DNA from: Octopus vulgaris
Taxonomy: Eukaryota
Assembly: GCA_951406725.2 (NCBI GenBank)
Contig: OX597829.1
Coordinates: 49,290,001 to 49,354,000 of the forward strand
DNA: 64,000 nt
Direction of reading: 5' to 3'
Of this stretch, positions 25,378 through 38,100 are shown one piece after another. The notes below the pieces were generated by a model. The model saw only the letters and a list, made by a program, of their open reading frames with translations, ran no database searches and was not told the origin of the DNA. The position numbers and the translations under genes are program-made. Each line of letters opens with the position of its first letter. Position 1 is the stretch's first letter.

Positions 25378-25612
25378 AGGCAGCGAGCTGGCAGAAACAT
25401 TAGCATGCCGGGTGAAATGCCTAGTAGTTTTTCGTCTGTCTTTACGTTCTGAGTTCAAATTCTGCCGAGGTTGACTTTGCCTTTCATCCTTTCGGGGTCG
25501 ATTAAATAAGTACCAGTTACGCACTGGGGTCGATGTAATCGACTTAATCCCTTTACCTATCCTTGTTTGTCCCTTCTATATTTAGCCCCTTGTGGGCAAT
25601 AAAGAAATAAGA
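25378..25612 (+). mobile_element. SINE family B, full length, within a cluster of older copies
   Basis: AAGGCAGCGAGCTGGCAGAA...GAGTTCAAATTC...GCCTTTCATCCTTTCGGGGTCG...AAAGAAATA. Confidence 0.85.
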
Positions 25613-25953
25613 AATAAGAATCGTTAGTATGACAAGCGAAATTCTTAGCAGCATTTTGTTTATTCCTATGTTCTCAGTACAGTTCCACCCAGGTCATTTC
25701 AGGGTGCTAAGGTACAAAACCAGGGTGGTGAGGTGGCAGAATTGTTAGCATGCTAGGCAAAAAGTTAAGCGGCACTTAATCCGTCTTCGTGTTCTGAGTT
25801 CAAATTCTGGCAAGGTTGACTTTGCCTTCCATCCTTTTGGAGTTGATAAAAGAAGTGCCAGTTGAGTACTGGGGAGTAAAACTAATCGACTTAACCCCAC
25901 CCAACCACCCTGAAATTGCTGGCCTTGTGCCAAAGTTTGAAATTGATATTATA

Positions 25954-26648
25954 GGAGAAATGAAGTCTCTAGTGTGGTGTCCATTCGTTTCCTCTCTTTT
26001 GTACTCAAAAGTGATTTTGAAAATATTTCTACATTTTGATTAAATATTAGGAGAGAGAGAGAGAAATAAAGAGAGGAAGAGATTGAGAGACAAAGAGAGT
26101 GAGAGATGACGTGAGAGAGAGGGAGAGAGAGATAAAGAGAGGAAGAGAAATAAAGAGAGGGAGAGAGAGATAAAGAGAGTGAGAGATGAAGAGAGAGAGA
26201 TAAAGAGACAGAGAGGCAGTGATAATAAAGAAGGAGAAATAAAGAGAGAGATAGAGAGAGAGAGAGATAACGAGAGGGAGAGATAAAGATGGGGAGAGAT
26301 AGAGAGAAATAGAGAGAGAGAGGGAGATAAAGAGTGGAAGAGATAAAGAGAGAGAAATAAAGAAAGAGAGATAAATAGAGATAGGGAGAGATAAACAGAG
26401 GAAGAGATAAAGAGAGAGAGAGAGATAAAGAGAGAAATAAAGAGAAAGAGAGAGGGAGAGATAAAGAGAGAGAGAGAGGGAGAAAGAGAGAGAGAGTGGG
26501 AAGAAGATTGCTTTTTGTACATTTTATTCAGGTCTTCTAAACATGAAGGAAAATTGGTTATTTATTTTCAATTAGATTCAATGATGCAGGCAGTTCAGTA
26601 CACCTTGTCTAAATAGCGTAATGTATATACATGCATAAAAACATACCT

Positions 26649-26682
<34 letters not shown>
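25954..26682. repeat. Left arm of a diverged inverted duplication, containing (GA)n and (CA)n tracts
   Basis: 25954-26050 and 26505-26682 align with the reverse complement of 29939-30027 and 29279-29460. Confidence 0.8.
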
Positions 26683-26684
<2 letters not shown>

Positions 26685-26940
26685 GAGGGTTGAATATGTG
26701 GAAAAATCAAATGTTCATAGGAAAGGTGCTGCTTCTCCTTCACTTACTAAATGGCAAAGGAAAAAAAAAGAAAATTAAACACGTTTTTTTTAGTGGTGGG
26801 GGTAACGAGGGAAACAGGACCATTTTTCTAAATGGTCCTTCAAACTGTCTTTTAATATTACTTTTATTACTTGGCGTTTTGAATTCTTAGCTGCTAATTC
26901 GTAACAACCAGCTATCAATCTCATAATGTTACACATTTCT

Positions 26941-27414
26941 GGATGGATTAAAGCACTCCGTCGGTTACGACGACGAGGGTTCCGGTTGATCCGACCAACG
27001 GAACAGCCTGCTCATGAAATTAACGTGTGGAAGCACTCCGTCGGTTCCGACGACGAGGGTTCCGGTTGATCCGAATCAACGGAACAGCCTGCTCGTGAAA
27101 TTAACGTGTAAGTGGCTGAGCACTCCACAGACACGTGTACCCTTAATGTAGTTCTCGGGGATATTCAGCGTGACACAGAGAGTGACAGGGCCGGCCCTTT
27201 GAAATACAGGTACAACGGAAACAGGAAGTAAGAGTGAGAGAAAGTTATGGTGAAAGAGTACAGCAGGGATCACCACCATCCCCTGCCGGAGCCTCGTGGA
27301 GCTTTTAGGTGTTTTCGCTCAATAAACACTCACAATGCCCGGTCTGGGAATCGAAACCGCGATCCTACGACCGCGAGTCCGCTGCCCTAACCACTGGGCC
27401 ATTGCGCCTCCACT
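26941..27414 (-). mobile_element. tRNA-derived SINE family C with a duplicated 3' end
   Basis: Head TGGCCCAGTGG...GGTTTCGATTCC; ~80-bp 3' tandem duplication; 9-bp TSD CACATTTCT at 26932-26940 and 27415-27423. Confidence 0.85.
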
Positions 27415-28315
27415 CACATTTCTACACATTCCTAATGCAGCAATAATTGAATATTTACTGGTATCTGAATGGTTGGTGGTTGTATGGGGCAATAAGGAGG
27501 GATAAAGTATATTTTAGTTAGAAATTATAGGAGGTTCTTATATGTAATTCATTAGCATTGCTTCGTATACCGAAAAGTACATAAGAACTTCACTCATAAT
27601 GAAGCTTCACTTCAAGTGTGAGTTAAATATTGAGATGAGTATACAACCATTTAGTATCCAGAATTTTACATATAATGTTACTTCCCCTTAGGTTTGAATT
27701 AATACCCAACAACTAAAACAACATCAATAAGATTTTCAATAAAAATCCAATTTATGTATCAAACAAAAGGAAAAAAATATAATTAAAAGCAATTATTTTC
27801 ATCCTAAGTTTTTATTTCCACCCAAAAGGCATTTTTTAAAACTAAAATTTAGATACTATTATTTATAGCATTATCTACTTCAAGTTCCATTATTTAAAAA
27901 AAAAAATCTGCCAAGGAAATTATATTTTAAGAACAAAATTTCATGATTATTTGGTTCTGTTATATTTGTGGTGTTTGACAGCTGTGTAAAGAAATGCCAA
28001 TTTCTAAATGTGGAGGAAACCAACAGAAGAAGTGGACCCAAGAAGACATGGGACAAAGTCTTGAAGCATGGTCTTCGGATGTTGGGTTTCACAGAAGCGA
28101 TGGTAATTGGTCAAGACCTTTGGTGATTCGCTGTTCTTGAGAAGATATGTCAAGCCAGGTGAAAATATGGTCATTGACAATGCCAGTGACGTGTAAAAGG
28201 CACCCACTAAACTCTTGGAGTGGTTGGCATTAGGAAAAGCATCCAGCTGTAAAAACCAAACCAAAATCACACTGGGGCCTGGTACAGCACTGCAGCTGGC
28301 CAGTTCCAGTCAAAC

Positions 28316-28548
28316 CTATTTCTTTACTACCCACAAGGGGGCTAAACACAGAGGGGACAAACAAGGACAGACAAACGGATTAAGTCGATTATATCGACCC
28401 CAGTGGATAACTGGTACTTGATTTATCGTCCCCGAAAGGATGAAAGGCAAAGTCGACCTCGGCAGAGTTTGAACTCAGAACGTAGCGGCAGACGAAATAC
28501 CGCTAAGTATTTCGCCGGCGTGCTAACGTTTCTGCCAGCTCGCCGCCT
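28316..28548 (-). mobile_element. SINE family B
   Basis: Near-consensus copy. Confidence 0.9.
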
Positions 28549-28577
28549 TCAGATGGTTCCACTCAAACCATCTAACC

Positions 28578-28840
28578 CAGTGGTTCCCAAAGTGGGTGGT
28601 GGAAAGTTCCAAGGGGCCTTGAAAAAAGTGGGGTGATAATGGGGGAAGTGATTCATGTAAAAACAACAAAATAACGGGTTTATTAGGTTAAATCTTATTT
28701 GTGAAATACAAGTTGCTTTGAATTTGCTTCAGAAAAAGAGGTCTACGTTTGTGATGGTTAGTTGGGATGGTGGTGCCAGGAATGTGGCCTGCCTGGGTGT
28801 CAAGGTGGGGGGGAGAGCGCAAAAAGTTTGGAAATGTCTG
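28578..28840. mobile_element. hAT (Charlie-like) MITE
   Basis: Left TIR CAGTGGTTCCCAAAGT, degenerate right TIR, 8-bp TSD ATCTAACC at 28570-28577 and 28841-28848. Confidence 0.8.
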
Positions 28841-28898
28841 ATCTAACCAATGCTAGCATGGAAAACTGATGTTAAATGATGATAATGTTAATATATAT

Positions 28899-29123
28899 AT
28901 TTCTTTACTACCCACAAGGGGCTACACACAGAGGGGACAAATTAGGACAGACAAACGGATTACGTCGACCCCCCAGTGCGTAACTGGTACTTAATTTATC
29001 GACCCCGAAAGGATGAAAGGCAAAGTCGACCTCGGCGGAATTTGAACTCAGAACGTAACGGCAGACGAAATACAGCTACGCATTTCGCCCGGCGTGCTAA
29101 CGTTTCTGCCAGCTCACCACCTT
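28899..29123 (-). mobile_element. SINE family B
   Basis: Near-consensus copy. Confidence 0.9.
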
Positions 29124-29271
29124 TTACACATATGATAATATATATGTGTAAATGTGTGTGTGTGTATGTATGTTTTTCAAGTAAAAGGTTGTTTATAGAA
29201 GAACATAAACATTTTATTATCAACTTCTTTTAGAAATGGTCATCTATTTAAAATCTCTGTTGCAGTACTGC

Positions 29272-29314
<43 letters not shown>

Positions 29315-29534
29315 CAGGCACGTTTTTATATGCATGTATATACATTACGCTATTTAGACAAGGTACGTTGAACTGTCTGCATCAGTGAATCAAACTGAAG
29401 ATAAATAACCAATTTTACTTCATGTTTGGAAAACGAGAATAAAATATACAAAAGACAAACTCTCTCTCTCACTCTTTTTCCCTCTCTCTCACTCTTTTTC
29501 ACTCTCTTTCACTCTCTCTCTCTTTCTCTCCTAA

Positions 29535-29938
29535 TCTTTATATATAAAAGTGAGGTTGTGTGCTGTCTGTCTCCTACGATTTAGATTCCTAACTACTCCC
29601 ACATTTTGCGGTGTAGTTTAACCAAAACCAGGTATCTTATAGTCGTGATTCATATCGAGCCCTTCTGGGTATTAGCGCGCGTCTACGATGAGTCTACGAT
29701 TTAAAAAAAAATTTACCATTTAAAAAATTTACCATTTGAATGCATTTTTTCGCTATTATATAAGGGAAGTAACTCTCTAAAAATGTCTACGATGAGTCAA
29801 CGATTTAAAAAAAAATTTACTATCATTTTTTTCCATTTTTAGTGCATTTCTTTTGCTATTTTTTGGCTATAACTCTCTAAAAATGCTTATATAGTTATTT
29901 CCCTTACAAACCCGAGCAATGCCAGGCGATACTGCTAG
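29535..29938 (+). mobile_element. Non-autonomous Helitron, subfamily 1-like
   Basis: TCTTTATATATAAAAG ... CCCGAGCAATGCCAGGCGATACTGCTAG at an A|T site; the empty site is preserved in the inverted paralog at 26041-26050. Confidence 0.9.
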
Positions 29939-30215
29939 TATTTAATAAAAGTGTAAAAAATATTTTCAAAATCACACTTGAGTACGATAAGGAAGAAATG
30001 AATGGGCACTGGAGACTTAATTTCTCTGTAAATATTGTTGTTGTTGTTGTTGTTTTGATCATCATAGCATTGCCTTCGTTGAAGACGACGACGATGATGA
30101 TGATGATGATTATAAAAGTAGTTGCTAATGATGACTGTGTTGTTGCAGTTGTTATTCATTTATTATTGCTTTCACCACCACCGCCGCCAACACTACCATC
30201 ATCATTACCATCTAC

Positions 30216-30446
30216 TTCTTTACTACCCACAAGGGGCTAAACACAAAGAGGACAAACAAGGAGAAGACAAACGGATTAAGACGATTATATCGACCCCAGA
30301 GCGTAACTGGTACTTATTTAATCGACCCCGAAAGGATGAAAGGCAAATTCGACCTTGGTGGAATTTGAACTCAGAACGTAACGGCAGATGAAATACGGCT
30401 ACGCATTTCGCCCGGCGTGCTAACGTTTCTGCCAGATCACCGCCTT
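30216..30446 (-). mobile_element. SINE family B
   Basis: Near-consensus copy. Confidence 0.9.
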
Positions 30447-30904
30447 TCATCATTACCATCACCACACCACTAACAACGACAGCATTTCCACCGTCACAAT
30501 CATATTGTCTTTCAGTTCGTGCCTTACTTGATATTCCATTAAAAAATGTCAAAGTGATTGCAAAGCAACACGAAATAAAGGGGTTTTCTCAGAAACACCA
30601 CACGCTATCCTGTCCATGAATTTGAACCGCAATTTCAGGAAAGAAACCACAGTCGTGCAACACCCTAACCACTGGGTTACACATCTTCACAAATCTCTCT
30701 TGCATCCAGGGCCAAAGGACCACAACGTATTATGAAAGGTATGACAAGTGGATGATAATTGTGGTTATCTCACCTGCTATTGATTCATACAATTTTATAT
30801 TTATTTCAGTATGGGTTAGACAAGTGAGTTACTGAGGTATTCTTTTATGGCTAAATTCCTTTCCTGATGCGAACCAAAGTTTTGTGAATGGATTTGGTAG
30901 CTGG

Positions 30905-31319
30905 AAGCTGCAAGAAGTCCATCGTTGGCATCCGTTCTAGTGGGGTGCAAAGAGCACCATACGAGTGTGATCATTACCAGAGCGGCTAACTGGCTTCTGT
31001 GCCAGTGGCACATAAAAGAGCACCATTCGAGCGTGATCGTTACCAGTGTCGCCTTACTGGTACCTGTGCCAGTGGTATGTGTAAAAAGATTCAAGCGAGG
31101 TCGTTGCCAGTACTGCCTGACTGGCCCCTGTGCCGGTGGTATGTAAAAAGCACCCACTACACTCACAAAGTGGTTGGCATTAGGAAGGGCATCCAGCTGT
31201 AGAAACTCTGCCAGATCAGACTGGGGCCCGGTGCAGCCTCATGGCTTCCCAGACCTCAGTCAAACCGTCCAACCCATGCTAGCATGGAAAGCAGACGTTA
31301 AATGATGATGGTGATGATG

Positions 31320-31320
<1 letters not shown>
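30905..31320 (+). mobile_element. RTE 3' UTR copy with (GAT)n tail
   Basis: Matches 8100-8487 in the opposite orientation; further copies at 15984-16192, 24313-24470, 36836-37285, 52432-52580, 56833-57150 and 58869-59140. Confidence 0.75.
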
Positions 31321-31360
<40 letters not shown>

Positions 31361-32199
31361 TGCATTTATGTGTGTGTCTTTGTGTCTGTGTTTGTCCTCT
31401 CACTATTGCTTGACAACCAATGCAGGTGTGCTTATATCCCCATAACTTAGCGGCTTGGCAAAAGAGACCAATAAAATAAGTACTAGGCTTACAAAGAATA
31501 GATCCCAGGGTTGATTTGTTCGACTAAAACCCTTTAAGACAGTGCTCCAGCATGGCCGCAGTCAAATGATTGAAGCATATAAAAGAATTAATGACTGCAT
31601 TGAGCTTCTTTTCAGAGCCAAATTTACTCAAAAGGTTTTGGTTAACCCGGTACTATGGTAAAAAAAACTCTTGTCCAGGTTGTTGCACAATGGGATTGAA
31701 CCAAAATCCTCATGGTTTGGAAGCATGCTCCTTAACCATTCGGCCATACCCGTACTGACAGATAAATTTAGCCTGAGTTAGTTTGTTTTTTTTCCGTTTC
31801 TTTCTCCATCCATTGATTGGATTTTCCCCTAAAGACATAAATTTTTCTCCCATAAATAATTATTTTATTGAGAGTCATACTCTTTACGTATTTATATCTT
31901 TCTCACCACTTACAGAACTTTTAATAACAAAAGGAATCACCGTTTCATCCATACCGTACTACACTACCGTTCTCACTTCTGTCTGTGAATCAAGTCGTGC
32001 TGTAATTGTTTTTGTCTGTCTCTTTCATTGATAGAATTGCTGTCTGCAGGTCATGACACATCTGACAATGTGAATTGTTCCATTATTTTTATGGTGTCTT
32101 ATGTGTTATGTCAAGTGTCCAAGGTTTAATTGTCTGTGTGCATTGCCATGCCTACAAGTATTATTATTATTATTATTATTATCATTATTATATTTATTA

Positions 32200-32248
<49 letters not shown>

Positions 32249-32383
32249 GGCATTGAGTAGGCTCCTTTGTTAACATACTGACCAAAATACTTAGTGGAAT
32301 TTCATCTGTCTTTACATTCTGAGTTCAAATTCCGCCAAGGCAGAATTTGTCTTTCATCCTTTTGGAGTTGATAAAAATAAATA

Positions 32384-32988
32384 CCTATTTCTTTACTACC
32401 CACAAGGGGCTAAACACAGAGGGGACAAACAAGGACAGACAAACGGATTAAGTCGATTACATCGACCCCAGTGCGTAACTGGTACTTAATTTATCGACCC
32501 CCGAAAGGATGAAAGGCAAAGTCGACCTCGGCGGAATTTGAACTCAGAACGTAACGGCAGACGAAATACCTATTTCTTTACTACCCACAAAGAGCTAAAC
32601 ACAGAGGGGACAAACAAGGACAGCCAAACAGATTAAGTCGATTACATCGACCCCAGTGCGTAACTGGTACTTAATTTATCGACCCCCGAAAGGATGAAAG
32701 GCAAAGTCGACCTCGGCGGAATTTAAACTCAGAACGTAACGGCAGACGAAATACCTATTTCTTTACTACCCACAAAGGGCTAAGCACAGAGGGGACAAAC
32801 AAGGACAGACAAACGGATTAAGTCGATTACATCGACCCCAGTGCATAACTGGTACTTAATTTATCGACTCCGAAAGGATGAAAGTCAAAGTCGACCTCGG
32901 CGGAATTTGAACTCAGAACGTAACAGCAGACGAAATACGGCTACACATTTCGCCCGGCATGGTAACGTTTCTGCCAGCTCGCCACCTT
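32384..32988 (-). mobile_element. SINE family B tandem trimer (one full unit plus two 185-bp headless units)
   Basis: Units 32384-32568, 32569-32753 and 32754-32988; flanked by ATAAAAATAA(A/G)TACC inside an older SINE B. Confidence 0.9.
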
Positions 32989-33632
32989 CAATAAAAATAA
33001 GTACCTGTTGAGCAACGGGACCAATGTAACTGACTTATACCCTTCCGAGAATTTGCTGGTCTTATGCCAAAATTTGAAATCATCATCATCATCATCATGG
33101 AAACCCCGCACACTTTATGCTGGTCTTTGTATTGTTCCCCTCATCCTTCGCCCTTGAAGGAAAATAAATGAAATCATTAGTATAACTGACATTATTATTA
33201 TTGTTATTATTAAGACGGTGAACAGGCACTTTTGTTAGCATGCTGAACAAAATGATTAGCAGCATTTCAGCAGTCTTTTCATTCTGAATTCAAATTCCAC
33301 TGAAGGAGACTGGCTTTCATCTTTTTCAGATTGATAAATTAAGTACCAGATGAGCGCTAAGGTCAATGTAACTGTCTAAGACCCGTCTCTCGAAGTCTCA
33401 AGTGTGTCAACAGTAGAAAGATTATAATCACCATCATCATCATCATCATCATCATTATTATTATTATTATTATTACTATCATCAATATTTTATTTCTTAG
33501 AGCTGTCTGTCTTACTTACTTGCTCTGGTTGATTCTGTGAGAGCAGACAGCAACCTGTTGCCAGAGGTCTCACAGGATCTCTTTCCACATATTATAAGCC
33601 TTAGTACCCGGTTGTCAACTTGTCATGAAAGA

Positions 33633-33664
<32 letters not shown>

Positions 33665-33875
33665 GAATTGTTTGCATGCAGGACAAAATGCATAGCGGTA
33701 TTTTGCCTGTCACTATGCTCTGAGTTCAAATCCCATCGTGGTTGACTTTGCCTTTCATCCTTTCAAGGTTGATTAAATAAAGTACCAGTGGAACACTGGG
33801 GTCAATCTAATCAACTAGTCACCTCTCACAAATTTCAGGCCTTTGTGCTTTCAGTAGAAAGGATTATTATTATTA

Positions 33876-33912
<37 letters not shown>

Positions 33913-33916
<4 letters not shown>

Positions 33917-34212
33917 TAGTTTTATTTTTATAGCGTGCTTTCACTTCACTACCGAGCGCAGCTCTGTGTGCCTTGGGTATGTGCTGTGATTTGTTGTGAT
34001 GCTCTGATGGTTATTGTATGGAAAGTGTTCTGCGTAGGACGTGTGCAGTGCCCAGTAGTGCAATTTTCTGTATGTTATATGTATTTGTAAGTCCTGGTGT
34101 TTTTGTTATGTATTTATCTGAATATTTTTTTATCATGCCTAATGCACCTACTATGATAGGAATTGTTTCTGTTTTTAGATTCCACATTCTGGTTACCTCT
34201 ATTTCCAGGTCT
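33913..34212 (-). mobile_element. R4/Dong LINE 3' fragment in (TAA)n
   Basis: KDLEIEVTRMWNLKTETIPIIVGALGMIKK...IQKIALLGTAHVLRRTLSIQ*; (TAA)n tail. Confidence 0.85.
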
Positions 34213-34255
34213 TTCATCCTTTCGAGGTTGATTATTATTATTATTATTACTATTA

Positions 34256-34306
<51 letters not shown>

Positions 34307-34640
34307 TTTGTTGTTTAATTCTATCTTTACAGTAGAATGGAAACAGATAAATGTGGGCACAGTTTTCACTAAAAGTCTCAAAAGTGTTTTGATCTTTTCC
34401 CTATCTTGTATTATGACTTTCTTAATATTTCGTCCACGACACAGAAAATAAAAAAAGACAAAAACTCTTAGCAAGAAAACAAATAAACACAACCAAAAAT
34501 AAACAATACTTCAGTAAACAGAACTGGTTTAGCCAATTGGAAACAGCAGATTCATGTTTGATGATGATAAATGGCAAATAAATTAGTGGAGTAAACTAAC
34601 CAATTACCATTAGAAAATAACCCCAACAAAACAAAAATAT

Positions 34641-35118
34641 ATTATTTACATTTGATGGATATTTGTCCTCATCTTGTTTGTTGTTAACACAATGTTTCAG
34701 CTGATATACTCTCCAGCCTTCATCAGGTATTTTGGGGAAATTTCGAACCTGGGTACTCGTTCCTAAGGTATTTTTCGAAGTTATTATAAATATTATTATT
34801 CAGGTGGCACATAAAAAGCACCAACCGATCGGGGTCGCTGCCAGCCTCCCCTGGCACCTGTGCCGGTGGTACGTAAAAAGCACCCACTACACTCACGGAG
34901 TGGTTGGCGTTAGGAAGGACATCCAGCTGTAGAAACACTGCCAGATCAGACTGGAGCCTGGTGCAGCCTTCTGGCTTCCCAGACCCCGGTTGAACCATCC
35001 AACCCGTGCTAGCATGGAAAGCGGATGTTAAACGATGATGATGATGATTTCACTACCTGGAATTGAACTCGGAAACTTGGGGTTAGTAGCCCGTGCTCTT
35101 AACCACTAAGCCATATGC
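34641..35118 (-). mobile_element. Second copy of the tRNA-head / hammerhead-tail retroposon, interrupted by an RTE 3' UTR (34801-35048)
   Basis: Tail 34641-34785 matches 11019-11165, with a hammerhead-like motif at 34686-34731. Intact head 35051-35118 has A-box TGGCTTAGTGG and B-box GAGTTCAATTCC. Confidence 0.75.
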
Positions 35119-38100
35119 AGGTGATCAAATAAGATCATTTGGAAAACACATATAACAATCAAACTAAAGAGATGTTTCTGCTGCCGTTTCACCCAAAGGT
35201 AATAATGAGTAAAGATTAAGTAGGGCTGAGACTAATGACATCTCATGATTGACCATCCTTTCTCTTTCCCAGACTAAGTGTATCTGAGACATTGTCCAAC
35301 ATTTCGCTCCTATTTTCTGCAAAGAGTGTGAGGTGTGATTTGGGGGAAATTTCCATGTTTTATCAAATGGGTTAAGCGACCATGTAGAGGTCCTTCATTG
35401 GTTTGTTGAAGAGAAATGGTTGATATTGACGTTAGCCTTGTTTTGTTTGGAATATGTAATTTTTGACAAAATACTGAAACAAGTTAAAGAATAACAACAA
35501 CAAGACCACTCAGAGTGCACAAACCTCTGCCAAGGTAACTCCAAAATTCTCTCAATGATTAGCCAGAGATAATTTTTAAGATGAGAATATCTGAAATAAA
35601 CTCGACTGCTCTCACAAATGAGAATACTAAAAAAAGGAACCTTTGTTAACAAAAGGGTTAACAGGCCCTTGATATCAAATAGAATGTTAAACACTTATAG
35701 TATGAAAATTAATAGTTCCAGGTCTATGTAATTACTTGGGTTTTTTGTGTATATAAATAGATTGCCTACTCGCTTCTCTGAGATTGGTTAAATGATATAG
35801 AACCCTTGATGAGATCCCAATAAGGGTTCGAAATCAATTAAGGCTGCTTGCTATGTTTTCAGTTTATGGAAAAAAAATAAATTTGACATGTTTGTATATC
35901 AAAACCATAGGTTTACATCCATCCATCCACCCCTCCAAACCCCTCCACCCACACACCCCAAACCCACCCACCTACCTACCTATCTGTGTGTGTGTGTGTG
36001 TATAAAACTTAAAGTATCCAGTATAATAGATCCATTTCAGCCAATCTTACAAATTGATTTCACACTGAATATTAAATAACTAGATATTAGCTAACTGCAC
36101 AGTTAAGTAATACTATCTGCTCTGTAGAGTTGGTAGGTATAAAAAAAATACAACAACTGCTCTTTGTTATCAAAGAGGAAACTGAAAGAAGCCTGTGGTG
36201 TTTATTATATATATACACATACACAGGCACACAGTATGATTACATAGAAACTAATGCAAATGTGAACATAAATTGTTTTATTAACTGATATAGGCTGTTC
36301 AAATTTCATTTGATGATATTGTAACTCTTCATTGCAGGCAAATAATCAGTTCTAAGCAGGAGCAACAAACTGACATTGAGTACTTGGCTAAGTTGGTAGG
36401 ATTTGTGGATACTGTAGTGTGCAATGTTAAAAACAATGTTGTCTAAGCAAGAGTAACTGACCTTAACAGTGTAAGTGTTAAAATTTTCAATCTCTTTACT
36501 ATCTCCTCCATGAAATGTGTGTGTGTTTGTGAATTAGATTTTATTAGACGTATATTATTGGAACACACACACACAGAGTGAGGTTCTTTAAGTTTGTGGC
36601 TGCCAATTCCAGTCAGAAGGCTTTGGTTAGCCCAGAGTGTAGTAGGAGAAACTTGACCAAGGTGCCACACAGTAGGACTGAATCTGAAACCACACAGTTA
36701 AGAAGTTTCTTAATGACACAACCATGCCTGTACCTAACAACAATCATGCTATAAATACTGAACCAACAAGGGAGCATCTCTGTGTTCACTTGACCAGCTA
36801 AAATTAACAGCTAATCCCCTCTTAAATCACATCTTATCATCATCATCATCATCATCATCACTATTTAACATCTGTTTCCCATGGAGTAGATTGTTTGACC
36901 AGGGCTAGTAAGCTGAGGAGCTGTACCAGACTCCGGGCTGATCTGGCATGGTTTCTATGGTTGGATGCCATTCCTAATGCTAACCACTCTGAGAATGTAA
37001 TGGGTGCATTTTATGTCTCTCTGGCACAGGTGCCATTTGCATGACACCAGTATCTGCCACAACTGCGATTTTTCTCAGCTTGATGGGGTCATCTTCTCAA
37101 GCACAACATAATGCCAAAGGTCTCGGTCATTCATCATTGCCTCTGTAAGGCCCAATACTCAAAAGGTGCTTTTCATGTATCAGTGGCACCGGTCACCTTG
37201 CCTCCATGAGACCCAGTGCCCAAAAGGTGCTTTTTACGTGCCACCAGCATGGGTGTCAGTTATGTGGCACCAGCATCAGCCTCGCTGGTTGGATAATATA
37301 CTCACGGGAAAACAAAGAGCAAACAAGCAGTGTGGTCATGGCTGGATTGGGATGCCTTTAATCGTTGATGTTGATTTATTCATTCATGATTAACCTGTGA
37401 ACTAAACAACACCATTTCTATCATCATCATCATCATCATTATAATAATAATAATCATAGGAGTCTAGGAATACAATTTCATTTTAGCAAAAGGCAATGGA
37501 CTTGAGTTAAACAAATTTTTCATATTTACTTAACAGCAAATCAATTGTAATTTTGTTGATTTTTGCTTTCCCCCTTAAGCATAAACTTTCTAGAATGAGA
37601 ATAAATATTGTCTATTTTTTGTTTTTTGTTTTGTTTTGGTTTAAGTGTATAAATGAATAATTAAAAATCTTATTGATGCCACTTCAAGATATCCACATAT
37701 TAAACTATGATATGGAATACATTTAACTTGAATTTCAAATCAAAATATATCCTGCCAAAACATTGAAATGCATTTTTTGAAGAGTGTCTGTTTAAGAAAG
37801 TAGAAGTCTGAACACAAAATATCGTCTAGCATATGATTCTATTTGTAAAATAGCACCATGTTTTGTTAAGCACTTGCATTTTGTAAATTTTATTCATTAA
37901 CACATAATGGGGATTTTTAAATCAATTTTATAAATTTTTTTAAAAAAAGATTTACATCATTAAACACGAAGGAAAATATCCTAGAGAAATAGTAATTGAC
38001 AAGAAGATAGTTCATTTCATGATTCAGAAGTCCTTGTGGAGAACCAGCTGAATAAACAAGAGTTAAAAATAAATCCCAGAGCGAAATCATTATCAATAAC

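Larger units (their letters stand above)
27975..28885 (+). mobile_element. RTE LINE ORF C-terminus and 3' UTR, interrupted by a SINE B and a hAT MITE
   Basis: SCVKKCQFLNVEETNRRSGPKKTWDKVLKHGLRMLG...QDLW, then the common UTR ending GATGTTAAATGATGAT. Confidence 0.75.

Noticed and set aside
27340-27414. tRNA genes at SINE heads (also 35051, 46203, 47110 and 63262)
   Set aside because: A and B boxes are present but cloverleaves are incomplete, and most run into SINE bodies; they are tRNA-derived repeats.
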